Positions 45,713-55,355 of a stretch of DNA of 64,000 nucleotides are shown here, piece by piece. The stretch is from a virus (Duplodnaviria; Heunggongvirae; Uroviricota; Caudoviricetes). The translations under genes were made by a program, and so were the position numbers. Every line of letters starts with the position of its first letter. Position 1 is the first letter of the stretch. Below the pieces are notes generated by a model that worked only from the letters and a program-made list of their open reading frames with translations, did not search any database and was not told where the DNA came from. The stretch is taken from the IMG/VR virus record IMGVR_UViG_3300023314_000004, positions 1-64,000 of that record; one strand, given 5' to 3'.

Positions 45713-45719
45713 CAATCAA

Positions 45720-46103
45720 TTAGCCTACTACAGCCTCTGTAGCCATGAAATCAGCAGCTTTCCATTGAATGTTAGCCAATGAAGCAGCTTTAGCTTTGAT
45801 GATTGAACGTTTAAGGTCACGTTCTTCCATGCGATCCATTGCATCTTCACTAACAAAGCTGTCGAATTCAGGTCTAACTAATGGTGTTTCTTTCTTAGTG
45901 CCATCCGCATTTTCATCGTATGTTACTTCTACTAAGCTTACATTACCATCAAGAACATCACCCTCTTTCAACCCTAAGTCCTTGGGAATGAATGTTCTAC
46001 CATGACCTGGTACTCTGGCATAAAGTCCGCCCTGACCTAATGCTGCTACGATAACACCAGCTAATTTAATTACTCCGTCGATTTTTTTTGCACTTTGTGC
46101 CAT
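45720..46103 (-). CDS. hypothetical protein, isolated minus-strand gene within the plus-strand late region (moron-like)
   Basis: 127 aa (MAQSAKKIDGVIKLAGVIVAALGQGGLYARVPGHGRTF…). Visibly GC-richer (~40%+) than surrounding DNA. Own downstream terminator and an upstream hairpin plus G-tract region. Confidence 0.55.
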   Translation of the reverse strand: MAQSAKKIDGVIKLAGVIVAALGQGGLYARVPGHGRTFIPKDLGLKEGDVLDGNVSLVEVTYDENADGTKKETPLVRPEFDSFVSEDAMDRMEERDLKRSIIKAKAASLANIQWKAADFMATEAVVG

Positions 46104-46130
46104 AATTATAGTTTTTAAATGTTTGTAATA

Positions 46131-46200
46131 AGGGGAGTACCATCACTCCCTACCTCTATGTGGGGGTTGTGAGGGGGATGTAGACGTTATGGGGGTGTAT
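46131..46200. other. hairpin plus four G4-5 tracts (G-rich island in an AT-rich genome) upstream of the moron gene
   Basis: GGGAGT-ACCATC-ACTCCC hairpin (46133-46150), then GGGGG at 46162, 46173 and 46191 (TGGGGGTTGTGAGGGGGATGTAGACGTTATGGGGGTG). Confidence 0.35.
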
Positions 46201-46274
46201 GTATAAAATTTTTAGTATTTGAAAAATTTTGGAAAATAATTTTTTTATAATATAATTAGTGTTATCTTTACTCT

Positions 46275-46520
46275 ATGGAGTATGATTTGTCTCTCTTTAA
46301 AGAAATATTTAATAAAGCGTTCGATCAAAAAGCTAGTAGACCATTTAAAATGTATACTGGAGTAGGAGGAATGGATATGTTCGAGGAAGCTGTAGAGGGA
46401 CAAGGAGGAATGAAAAGAGTGTATATAGGGAGGAAAGTTCCTAGGTGGCTGAGAGCTGGTGTTAAGAATATTAAGCTTTCCAGGAGAAATAGATATTATA
46501 AACTTGTAAAAAATGTTTAA
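46275..46520 (+). CDS. hypothetical protein
   Basis: 81-aa basic ORF. Preferred over the antisense ORF 46245..46529 because all downstream genes are plus-strand and its composition is protein-like. Confidence 0.4.
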   Translation: MEYDLSLFKEIFNKAFDQKASRPFKMYTGVGGMDMFEEAVEGQGGMKRVYIGRKVPRWLRAGVKNIKLSRRNRYYKLVKNV

Positions 46521-46758
46521 ATTTAACATAAGAGGATATAAATCTAAGTCTTATCCCTATCCAGAGATAAAGTTTTACACTCAATATAAAGGTATTTATT
46601 ATAGATTTGATGATAATTGTCCTTTAGGCCCTGTATGGCATCTATCTGATAGTTTAGATCTTTTAGGTTATTATGCTTATTATAATGCAGACATATGGAG
46701 AATAGATGAATGTTTTGAAATATTTTTAAAAGAAAAAGAAGAAGATGGCTTATATTAA
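46513..46758 (+). CDS. hypothetical protein
   Basis: 81-aa ORF. Confidence 0.4.
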   Translation: MFKFNIRGYKSKSYPYPEIKFYTQYKGIYYRFDDNCPLGPVWHLSDSLDLLGYYAYYNADIWRIDECFEIFLKEKEEDGLY

Positions 46759-46901
46759 AATGGATAGTATGCCCTATAGAAAGGGAGAGATATTAAATAT
46801 TGGTAGTCAACAGGTTATCATCACTAGAGTGCATAGATCCACTTGGTGGAAAAGATTTATTAAATATCTGGCCTCTAAGGTTAGAATAAACGAATATAAA
46901 A

Positions 46902-47303
46902 TTGAACAATATGGAGTTTAAAGAAGTACAGGAAAATATAGATAAACTACCTAATAAAGGAGATTTATCTGATGGCTATCACAGCTTTAATGAGCTGTAT
47001 GAGTTTAGAAAGATTTATAATGCCGCCTTATTTAATGAATGGATGGAATATTCTAATTACACTTCAGAAGATAAGCCTAAATATAATGTACATAAGTCTT
47101 GGAAGCATTTTGATGGAGAATTATGTTTTGGTGGGGGATGGTTTATAGTTGTAGCTGTCCTACCTACAGGTCAGATTTCTAATCATTATGAAGCTAAAGA
47201 TTGGGATTTATTTAAAATACCAGAAACAGAAAAAGCTCTATTTGAATTTGATGGTCACACATCTGAGGATGTATTAAACAGATTAAAACTTATTTATGGA
47301 TAA
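46902..47303 (+). CDS. hypothetical protein
   Basis: 133-aa ORF. Confidence 0.45.
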   Translation: MNNMEFKEVQENIDKLPNKGDLSDGYHSFNELYEFRKIYNAALFNEWMEYSNYTSEDKPKYNVHKSWKHFDGELCFGGGWFIVVAVLPTGQISNHYEAKDWDLFKIPETEKALFEFDGHTSEDVLNRLKLIYG

Positions 47304-47496
47304 CTTATATGGATGGATTTTTACTTACAACCCTCTTACATCTCATTGGAGGGCTTGTCCTAGAGAGAATTATTTAAGACTATTCTCAGAGCCAGAGACT
47401 AATTTCCTCTGCTCCTCAGATATAAAGTCTTTACAATCTCTTATTATACGTACTAATGGAGACATGGATTTAATTAATAAACTTATAAAACAATAA
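47296..47496 (+). CDS. hypothetical small protein
   Basis: 66-aa ORF. Confidence 0.3.
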   Translation: MDNLYGWIFTYNPLTSHWRACPRENYLRLFSEPETNFLCSSDIKSLQSLIIRTNGDMDLINKLIKQ

Positions 47497-47500
47497 ACAC

Positions 47501-47839
47501 ATGCCAAGCATTTCAGATTACAATTATGGAACAGAACCTCTACAGAAAGCTCATTCTGAGTCTAAAATATATGCAGAGGAAGTTGAAAGGACAACAGCTT
47601 TTAAGGAAGTTTTTCAAAGATTACAATACCTTGTAGGAGACTGTATGGAAATTACTGCTAATATAGATAATAAATTGCAGGATATACATTCTTACAGTGA
47701 GCCAGTCCCTAACCCACAAGAACAAAAGACACCTACTACTAAGACATTTGTAGATGGAGTGGCCTCTTTACTTAATCAAATAGAAACTAATAATTCCAGA
47801 CTTAATAGGATTTACAGACATTTAAAAGAAATTATATAA
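47501..47839 (+). CDS. hypothetical protein
   Basis: 112-aa ORF. Confidence 0.4.
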   Translation: MPSISDYNYGTEPLQKAHSESKIYAEEVERTTAFKEVFQRLQYLVGDCMEITANIDNKLQDIHSYSEPVPNPQEQKTPTTKTFVDGVASLLNQIETNNSRLNRIYRHLKEII

Positions 47840-47909
47840 TGGACAAACTTAGAAATCTCCTAGACAGAGGAATTATTACAATTAAACAATACTTAAACTT
47901 TACTAAATA

Positions 47910-48290
47910 ATGAACTTTACAGACGTATTTTTTGAATTTCCTATTAGGATATATGACAGCTATTCTATGTATAATGCGGAGAAGCAAGAGGATGAATTAG
48001 AAAAAGAGGGAAAAGACTTAGTGGCTGTTCCTGTAGATTATATTGTAGGTGTAAAAGCCTTGAGGCTGTCTCAGATTAAACATTATATGGATGTTTATTC
48101 AAGAGATAGTGTTATAGCTGAGGTTATAGAAAATGGATTTCCATGCACTCTTGTGATTGATACAGACGACAATCCTTATGAATGTAATTGGCCAAGGAAG
48201 GAATTTAAAGCAAGGCTGAATAAATTTGCTAAAGAGCTGGATGATAAAATCACTCAGGAGCAAGAATCTAGAAAAGAACAAAAATCCTAG
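47910..48290 (+). CDS. hypothetical protein
   Basis: 126-aa ORF. Confidence 0.45.
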   Translation: MNFTDVFFEFPIRIYDSYSMYNAEKQEDELEKEGKDLVAVPVDYIVGVKALRLSQIKHYMDVYSRDSVIAEVIENGFPCTLVIDTDDNPYECNWPRKEFKARLNKFAKELDDKITQEQESRKEQKS

Positions 48291-48327
48291 CTTTAATAGC
48301 ATTAAATAATAACAGACTTTCATATGG

Positions 48328-48711
48328 TTGTTTGTTATTGAAAAATATAGCATAATTTTGTATATGCCAACTACATTACGGATAAAGAAAACTTATAAGG
48401 ACAAGATGGAGACAGCTATTAAATACTATTCCATCTTGTCCACCCTTAATGATTTTAAGTGGAGTCCTTTAGAAATTAAGATAATAGCCTTCACTTGCAT
48501 AGAAGGAAATATATCTACAGGAGGTAGAAAGGAGAAGTTTTGTTCACTATTTAAGAGTTCAAAATCTTCTGTTTTCAATTCTATTTCAGATTTAGCTGAG
48601 AAATTCTTCTTAGTAAAGAAAGAGAGAAAGGTGTTATTACATCCTCAGCTCATTCTTGATTTTTCTCAGCCTATTTCTATCACCTTAAATCTTGACTATG
48701 AAGCCAGCTAA
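48328..48711 (+). CDS. hypothetical protein
   Basis: 127-aa ORF. Confidence 0.4.
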   Translation: MFVIEKYSIILYMPTTLRIKKTYKDKMETAIKYYSILSTLNDFKWSPLEIKIIAFTCIEGNISTGGRKEKFCSLFKSSKSSVFNSISDLAEKFFLVKKERKVLLHPQLILDFSQPISITLNLDYEAS

Positions 48712-49030
48712 TATGTCAATAAAAGATTGGCTTATTAAAGGTATGGTGGGAGAACTTAACTATCCTCAGGACCTAATAGAAAAAGTGATAGCTTTTCAGG
48801 GAGAGGATATGCTTAGAGCTGTTAAAATGTATAAGGAGATTGAAATATCAGGATTTGGTTCTATTTTCATAGCTAAAGGTAAATTAAATAGTCATTTAAA
48901 TAGATCTAAGACAAGCATAGAAAAGCTACGTGCTAAATTAGAGACAGCTACGGAAGAGGAAAAGCCTCTACTAGAAACTAAGATTGAAGCACAATTAGAA
49001 AATATTAAATTTTACGAAAGCAAATGTTAG
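48692..49030 (+). CDS. hypothetical protein
   Basis: 112-aa ORF. Confidence 0.4.
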   Translation: MTMKPANMSIKDWLIKGMVGELNYPQDLIEKVIAFQGEDMLRAVKMYKEIEISGFGSIFIAKGKLNSHLNRSKTSIEKLRAKLETATEEEKPLLETKIEAQLENIKFYESKC

Positions 49031-49371
49031 ACTATTTAAAACTCATACCAAAGGTGTTTGAAAATCCTAAGGAAATATGGGAAGGATGGAAGAATGCAGC
49101 AAAGCTAGAATTGGGATCTCTGCCTGAGGATCAGGTGGAAGAAATAGTAAAAAGGAGAATGATATGTGAAGCTTGTCCTTTTATGTCTTCTAACATTCCT
49201 AACTATCAGACATCAAGAGTGGAAAAACACTGCACTCTCTGTAGCTGTCCCATACTTTCTAAAACAGCTTCTCTTTCTTCTATATGTGGAGCTGATTATT
49301 ATAATAAGACTCACCCTGAAAAAGATCCCCTTGAAGTTAGGTGGTTGCCTTATGAAGAACATAAATCTTAA
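49024..49371 (+). CDS. putative zinc-binding protein
   Basis: 115 aa. CEACPF…(x20)…HCTLCSC Cys cluster. Confidence 0.45.
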   Translation: MLDYLKLIPKVFENPKEIWEGWKNAAKLELGSLPEDQVEEIVKRRMICEACPFMSSNIPNYQTSRVEKHCTLCSCPILSKTASLSSICGADYYNKTHPEKDPLEVRWLPYEEHKS

Positions 49372-49482
49372 AGAACTGCTCGATACACTCAATTATTTCT
49401 ATAACCAAGGAGTTGTATTTGTAGATATGAGAGTAGAAAACAATTTACTAATTTTCTCTCCAAGAGAAACTAATATTACAGG

Positions 49483-49668
49483 ATGACAAAAGAATTAGAA
49501 TATAAACTAAACGAACTAACAAGATTTTATGGTAGTATAGTGGGTACACCAGGAATTTCTAAAGATGTTCAGGAACATTGTAACAGCCAATTATTTAAAC
49601 TTGTTAAAGCTTTTGATCCTGTTATGCAGGAAATTACAGCAGAAGTTTCAGGATTAATTTTAGAATAA
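49483..49668 (+). CDS. hypothetical small protein
   Basis: 61-aa ORF. Confidence 0.3.
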   Translation: MTKELEYKLNELTRFYGSIVGTPGISKDVQEHCNSQLFKLVKAFDPVMQEITAEVSGLILE

Positions 49669-49946
49669 TGCCTAGAAAAAACGATTTTAAAAACATAGTG
49701 CAGGTTCTGGAAGAATTGCACAAAAACCATCCTTCCTATTCTTTTGGATCTATCATCTCTTTAGCTTTTGCTGATTATGGGGATACATGGGGAGTGAGTA
49801 ATAAAGAATGTCTTTTTGCTCTGGAGAAATATTCAGCTCAATTAGATATGGATGGAGATGAAATAGCTTCTCCGGAATATATGGATGCTCTCTTAAAGGA
49901 TGTAGAAAATTTTGATAATATATTAAATGAGGATGATTATGAGTGA
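49668..49946 (+). CDS. hypothetical protein
   Basis: 92-aa ORF. Confidence 0.4.
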   Translation: MPRKNDFKNIVQVLEELHKNHPSYSFGSIISLAFADYGDTWGVSNKECLFALEKYSAQLDMDGDEIASPEYMDALLKDVENFDNILNEDDYE

Positions 49947-50421
49947 TACTAGTGAAATATTCCCAAATGAAACAGTAACTCCAGCTGTAGCTCCTCATGA
50001 TTTAGGATTATTAACAAATGATCCTCCTCCTGCAAAAGAAGGTTGTGATGCCACTGTAAAAGCACTTACTTGTGAAATAGCTCATGAATTTGAAGATTTT
50101 TTGGATTCTCCTGAAGTTATAAATTCTAGTAAAGCTAGTGTTTTATCTTTTCAATCATTAGATGTAAGTAATATAACAAAAGACTTTAAAGAAGTTATAA
50201 ACTTAATAAACTCTCGTATACAAAAAGCTACTTCTAACGGGGAATTTTCTATACAAATAAAAAGAGGTGAACTATATCAAGAAAGATTTCTATCTAATAT
50301 AGAGTTACTAATGATTAAAAAATACTTACTTTCTCTTGACTATGAAGTAACTATTTGGAAACCTCATCATAGAGATAAAAACACATATATTGTAATTGAC
50401 TGGATTAATTTATATTTATAA
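49927..50421 (+). CDS. hypothetical protein
   Basis: 164-aa ORF. Confidence 0.45.
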   Translation: MRMIMSDTSEIFPNETVTPAVAPHDLGLLTNDPPPAKEGCDATVKALTCEIAHEFEDFLDSPEVINSSKASVLSFQSLDVSNITKDFKEVINLINSRIQKATSNGEFSIQIKRGELYQERFLSNIELLMIKKYLLSLDYEVTIWKPHHRDKNTYIVIDWINLYL

Positions 50422-50762
50422 TGGCTACGAGTAAGAAGAATATATTTGTAGAGGCAGAACTTGAGTGGTCGGAACAACAGCTAATATCGTGGAAAGCCTA
50501 TGTAGATCAAAATCCTCTACATGAACTAAAAGATAGGATAGAATGGAAACCTACAGCTAAAGGAGGTACTATGCCTATGGTGATAGCTTCTATAGAACAG
50601 CAGGGAAAGTTTATACAGGAAACTATGAAAAACTATTTAGCTCTCCTTAAAGAGGTTGATATTATGAGAGAGAAAGAGCAGGAAAAAGCTGTTAAACGTG
50701 GTAAGGGGGAATTGAATGGACAACAGAATGCTTTACTAAAACAGGCTAATGCAGATAGATAG
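50421..50762 (+). CDS. hypothetical protein; candidate small terminase subunit by position only
   Basis: 113 aa, immediately upstream of and overlapping terL by 14 nt. No motif evidence. Confidence 0.3.
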   Translation: MATSKKNIFVEAELEWSEQQLISWKAYVDQNPLHELKDRIEWKPTAKGGTMPMVIASIEQQGKFIQETMKNYLALLKEVDIMREKEQEKAVKRGKGELNGQQNALLKQANADR

Positions 50763-52776
50763 TATTAAATCTATAGACTACAAAGATTGGTTTTTAAATC
50801 AAAAACGTATTCCCTCTAAGGATAGTGATGAATATCAAGAATTTTATGACTATCACAAAGAGTTATGCCTGGATGGTTTTATAATGAATGGGGTGTATAT
50901 CAATCCATTCTTATATTGGCATTTAAATTTCTGGAACACTGAAGTAGATTTTGTAGATAGCAAAGGTAGAATTTCTCAGAAATATGCCAATCCATATCTA
51001 CGTGATAATGAATGGATTATAACAAATGAAATTACAGAAGCTGAAAGACAAAGAAAAGGACTTGTAATTTTAGGTATTAGACGTTTGGCTAAATCCGTAA
51101 TTGCTTCCTCCTATATGTCTTTAGGAGCAACATTTGATCAAAACTCCCAGAATGTAATATCAGGTCTTAATGCAGCTGATATTAAGCTTATTACAGATAA
51201 AATAGATAAAGGATTAAACTTTCTACCTGAAGCTTGGACATGGGATAGGATTGAAGATAATTGGAAACAACAAGTAACCTTAGGAGTTAAGCTCTCTTCT
51301 GGTAAAAGGGTTCCTTTCTCTCAAATTCTTATCCGTAATCTGGATGAAGGTAATAATGAGGAAGCAATTGCAGGTACTAAACCTCGTAAGCTTATTATAG
51401 ATGAAATAGGAAAAGGCTCTTTTCTTAGGGGACTGCAAGCAGCTGAACCAGGTTTTACCACTCCATACGGATGGGGATGTTCCCCTATTCTTACAGGTAC
51501 GGGTGGAGATATGAAAAAGTTCTTTGATGCTAAGAACTTAATGTTTGATGTAGAACAATTTAACTTTCTTTCTTATAAGAATGTAGATGATAATAAACGT
51601 ATACATGGTTTATTTATTGGGGCTAAATTCAGGATGGAAGCTAAAGAAGAATCTAACCTTGGTACTTATTTAGGGAAAGAAGGTACAGATTTAGATCAAA
51701 TTCCAATGCTAGTCTCTAATGAAGAGAAAGCATTAGAAATGACTACTTCCAAGATTAATGAAAAAAGAAAAGCTGGAGACAAGGTAGCCTATCTTAAAGA
51801 AAAAATGTATTATCCAATTAAAGTGGATGATATATTTCTTAATGAGGATAGTAATATTTATAATATTGAATCTGCTAAAGCTCAACAAATAAGACTTAAG
51901 ACAACTGGATTTAGTGGCTCTCCTGTGGAATTATTCCATGATGGAGAAAAAATAAGTCATAAATTTTCTGATAAGGATGTTATTACAGAGTTCCCTGTAA
52001 AATCCCAGAATAAGGATGCTCCTGTAATAATATATGAATTTCCTGTAGAAAATCCACCATTTGGTCTTTATGTAGCTGGAGTCGATCCTTACAGACAAGG
52101 AAAGGCACAATATTCTGACTCTTTGGGAGCTGTCTACATATTTAAAAGAATGCATGACATATCCTCTGAAAAATTTCAGAATATGTTTGTAGCTAGTTTT
52201 GTAGCTCGTCCTGATAATAAAGATCATTGGGAAGAACAAGCTAGATTGTTAATTAAATATTACAATGCCCGAACCCTATGTGAGAATGATGATATATCTT
52301 TCATAGAGTATATGAAAGCTAAGGGAGACTCTCAATACCTTGAAAGTCAACCTAAATGGCTAAAGGAAATTGTTCCTAATACAACCGTAAGTAGGGATTT
52401 TGGTATACATAGATCTTCTGAAAAGATAAGAGATCACTTACATACTAAACTTAAAGAATATTTAGATGAACAATTAATAGTAGAAAGAGATGAATCTGGA
52501 TCTATTATAAAAGAACATTTAGGTGTTGTAAGAGTCAAAGATAGTATGCTTTTAGAAGAAATTATTAATTTCAATGAAGTGGATAACTTTGATAGAGAGG
52601 TAGCTGCTTCATTAGCTATTGCATTAGCCTTTCATCTAGATCCTATTTTAGGAAGAGTTGGAGAAAAAGATAGTCGTTTAGAATCGTTATTTAACCGTAA
52701 TAAACATGAGGTGAAAACAAGTATGTTTAAACCTCAAAACAACAAATTTACAAAAAGAAAATCCCGTTTGTTCTAA
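50749..52776 (+). CDS. terL: terminase large subunit
   Basis: 675 aa. Deviant Walker A …LGIRRLAKSV…, Walker B …KLIIDEIG…. C-terminal RNaseH-like nuclease signature …LYVAGVDPYRQG…. Sits immediately upstream of the putative portal. Confidence 0.65.
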   Translation: MQIDSIKSIDYKDWFLNQKRIPSKDSDEYQEFYDYHKELCLDGFIMNGVYINPFLYWHLNFWNTEVDFVDSKGRISQKYANPYLRDNEWIITNEITEAERQRKGLVILGIRRLAKSVIASSYMSLGATFDQNSQNVISGLNAADIKLITDKIDKGLNFLPEAWTWDRIEDNWKQQVTLGVKLSSGKRVPFSQILIRNLDEGNNEEAIAGTKPRKLIIDEIGKGSFLRGLQAAEPGFTTPYGWGCSPILTGTGGDMKKFFDAKNLMFDVEQFNFLSYKNVDDNKRIHGLFIGAKFRMEAKEESNLGTYLGKEGTDLDQIPMLVSNEEKALEMTTSKINEKRKAGDKVAYLKEKMYYPIKVDDIFLNEDSNIYNIESAKAQQIRLKTTGFSGSPVELFHDGEKISHKFSDKDVITEFPVKSQNKDAPVIIYEFPVENPPFGLYVAGVDPYRQGKAQYSDSLGAVYIFKRMHDISSEKFQNMFVASFVARPDNKDHWEEQARLLIKYYNARTLCENDDISFIEYMKAKGDSQYLESQPKWLKEIVPNTTVSRDFGIHRSSEKIRDHLHTKLKEYLDEQLIVERDESGSIIKEHLGVVRVKDSMLLEEIINFNEVDNFDREVAASLAIALAFHLDPILGRVGEKDSRLESLFNRNKHEVKTSMFKPQNNKFTKRKSRLF

Positions 52777-55355
52777 TGATAATCACTAGAGTTACTAACG
52801 ATAGTAATATACGTTATGCCTATTTAAACATATTTCCTGATCAATTCAAATTGGAGAAGGAAAAAATTGACAACGAATCCTGGGTGAAAAACACTATGGA
52901 TTACTTTGCCAATATTGCTTTTTCCCAATACAGGAAGAACAAAAGGACTTTTGTAAAGAATTATGACCTAATGAAAGGAATAATTGACTATTCAGATTTC
53001 TATGAGGAAATCCCTGAAGTCAAATCCTTTACAGATAATTTAATGAGAGATACAGAGCTTCCAGCTTATGTAAAACACTACCCTATTCTCAATCCTCCTG
53101 TAAATACAATGCTAGGAGAATTAGCTAAAAGACCTGATATTCATAAAGTTAGAGCTTTTGATGATGACTCCAAAGCAGAAGAATTACAATATAAAACAGC
53201 TATAGTTGAGCAACTAATTATACAGGAAGGAAAACGTATGATGTTAGCTGACATGGCTCTTAAAGGACAAGATGTATCTCAAATTCCTCAGGAAGATTTA
53301 GATGCTATGACACTAGATAAGGTGGGAGAATACCTCACTTCCTACACTTCTTTAGGGGAGAGATGGGGAAATCATGTTCTTACAGCCCTTAAAGTTGGCT
53401 TTAATATAAAAGAAAAAAGTGAGGATTGTTTTAGAGACTTACTTATTTCCTCTCGTGAATATTTCCATATATTTGAAGACAATTCTAAATTAGGATTTAA
53501 CACAGAAACTCTTAATCCAAAAAATCAATGGCAATTAGGAACTCCGGATGCTAAATATAGCTCTGCCATTTCAGGAGATCAGAATGTACCTTATGCTACA
53601 GGTACAGTGCATATAATGGAAATTACAGAAATAATCGAGAAATTTCCAGATCTCACTAAGGCTGAAATAGATCATCTTAGGGAATCTTTAAATGAATATG
53701 GCATCCCTAATGTGAGAGAATCAAATCTCTATTCTGGTAAAACAGGACAGGATAGTATTACTTATGATACTTATTCCCGTCTCCTCCTTGAGGAAAGAAT
53801 GTTGATGGAAGGAGAAATGACAGAAAATAAGGATGAGCTTAATTGGCTTGGACCTAATAATGCCAATTCTTCTTTTGGTCATAAATTTACAGTGGTGAGG
53901 GCTTATTGGCCTTCTAAAAAGAAAACAGGACTCCTTACTTATTGGGACGAAGAAACTCAATCACCAGAAACAATGCTTGTAGATGAAAACTACAAAGCAG
54001 GAAGTCCTGGAGAAATATCTTTACAATGGGGATGGGTTAATCAATGGTATCAGGGAGATAGAATTGGTCCTGATGTGTTCCATGTGAAACCTTTTAAGCT
54101 TCTCAACTACTCTCCTATTATAGGTGTAGTTCATGAAATTAAAAACACCTCTGCTAAATCTTTAGTAGACTTAATGAAACCCTTTCAGGTGTTATACAAT
54201 ATTTGTATGAACCAACTTTTCCAGCTCCTTGAAAAAGAAAAAGGTGTAGTTCAGGCTATTTCTATACGACACATTCCCACTCCTAAAGATGGGGATGCTC
54301 AGGATGCATTAGATATATGGGAAGAAGAAGCTAAGAAAAGTGGTATAATGTTTATTGATGACAGCCCTGAAAATACTAAAGGTGGCTCTACATTCAATGG
54401 TCAATACTCCAGAATAGATCTTTCCCGTACAAATGAAATACAATCTAGGTACACTCTGGCAGCTCAACTTAAAATTGAATGTTGGGAACTTATAGGTATG
54501 AACAGGCAAAGACTAGGTTCATCTCAGGCTTCTGCTACGGCAACAGCTAATCAGAATGACCTTGTTCAAAGCTTTTCCCAGACAGAACCCTATTTTGCTG
54601 CTCATGAATATGTTCTTAATCAATTCTATCAGGCACTGTTAGATGCTGCCCAATATATAGAAGGGGCAAAACCTCTTTCCACAATTTCTTATATTACAGG
54701 TCAGGGAGAACAAGCCTTCCTAGAAGTAGCTGGATCGGATATTAAACTAAAGGATTTAAAAGTATTTGTCACTTCTCGTTCAGAAGATCAACAGCTTCTT
54801 AATCAATTCAGACAATTGTCTCAGGCTATGCTACAGAATGGGGCTAGTGTTTATGATGTTTCAGTGTTATATACTACCAACTCTATTCGTCAGATGCAGA
54901 AAATCTTTAAGGATCTTAGAGATAAGCAAGAGGAAATACAAGCTCAGGCTCAACAGCTCGAACAATCTAAATTACAGCAGGAAGCTGAAATTGCACAAGC
55001 TGAAGCAGAACAATTAGAACAGCATCATCAGGATGAGATGACTTTAAGGAAATACGAAATAGATACAAAAGCTTCCACTGATTTAGCTAAGGCAGAAATA
55101 TCTACATACTTTCAGGCTCCTTCTACAGATGATAATAGTAACGGTGTTCCTGATATAATGGAAATAGCAGATCATTCTCTTAAGATACAACAGTCATTAG
55201 ACAAGAATAACATCGAAAGAGAGAAACTTTCTTTCCAAATGACTAAGCATATGGACGAACAGAAAAATAAAAGGGAAGATCAAAAGCTGGCAAAGGAAAA
55301 ATTAAAGAATGATAAAGCTAAAATAGCAGCAGCAAAAACTAAAAAAGCTAAATGA
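52776..55355 (+). CDS. putative portal protein (859 aa) with long C-terminal coiled-coil and Lys-rich tail
   Basis: Position between terL and the ClpP-like protease. Last ~150 aa are a Q/E/A-rich coiled coil ending in K-rich …KAKIAAAKTKKAK. Confidence 0.5.
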   Translation: MIITRVTNDSNIRYAYLNIFPDQFKLEKEKIDNESWVKNTMDYFANIAFSQYRKNKRTFVKNYDLMKGIIDYSDFYEEIPEVKSFTDNLMRDTELPAYVKHYPILNPPVNTMLGELAKRPDIHKVRAFDDDSKAEELQYKTAIVEQLIIQEGKRMMLADMALKGQDVSQIPQEDLDAMTLDKVGEYLTSYTSLGERWGNHVLTALKVGFNIKEKSEDCFRDLLISSREYFHIFEDNSKLGFNTETLNPKNQWQLGTPDAKYSSAISGDQNVPYATGTVHIMEITEIIEKFPDLTKAEIDHLRESLNEYGIPNVRESNLYSGKTGQDSITYDTYSRLLLEERMLMEGEMTENKDELNWLGPNNANSSFGHKFTVVRAYWPSKKKTGLLTYWDEETQSPETMLVDENYKAGSPGEISLQWGWVNQWYQGDRIGPDVFHVKPFKLLNYSPIIGVVHEIKNTSAKSLVDLMKPFQVLYNICMNQLFQLLEKEKGVVQAISIRHIPTPKDGDAQDALDIWEEEAKKSGIMFIDDSPENTKGGSTFNGQYSRIDLSRTNEIQSRYTLAAQLKIECWELIGMNRQRLGSSQASATATANQNDLVQSFSQTEPYFAAHEYVLNQFYQALLDAAQYIEGAKPLSTISYITGQGEQAFLEVAGSDIKLKDLKVFVTSRSEDQQLLNQFRQLSQAMLQNGASVYDVSVLYTTNSIRQMQKIFKDLRDKQEEIQAQAQQLEQSKLQQEAEIAQAEAEQLEQHHQDEMTLRKYEIDTKASTDLAKAEISTYFQAPSTDDNSNGVPDIMEIADHSLKIQQSLDKNNIEREKLSFQMTKHMDEQKNKREDQKLAKEKLKNDKAKIAAAKTKKAK

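Noticed and set aside
46131-46200. G-quadruplex as an established feature
   Set aside because: Four G-tracts exist but loop lengths are long (up to ~26 nt). Kept only as an observation in findings, not called as a structure.
46245-46529. Minus-strand 94-aa ORF overlapping plus-strand 46275..46520
   Set aside because: Ser/His/Phe-rich low-complexity. Chose the plus-strand ORF because everything downstream is plus-strand and its product is compositionally protein-like. The choice remains uncertain.
49166-49486. Alternative-frame plus-strand ORF overlapping 49024..49371
   Set aside because: The overlapped ORF has a coherent Cys-cluster motif; this one is hydrophobic low-complexity.
51931-54509. 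Minus-strand ORFs 51931..52239, 53721..53960 and 54309..54509 inside terL and the portal gene
   Set aside because: Antisense to long, motif-supported late genes.
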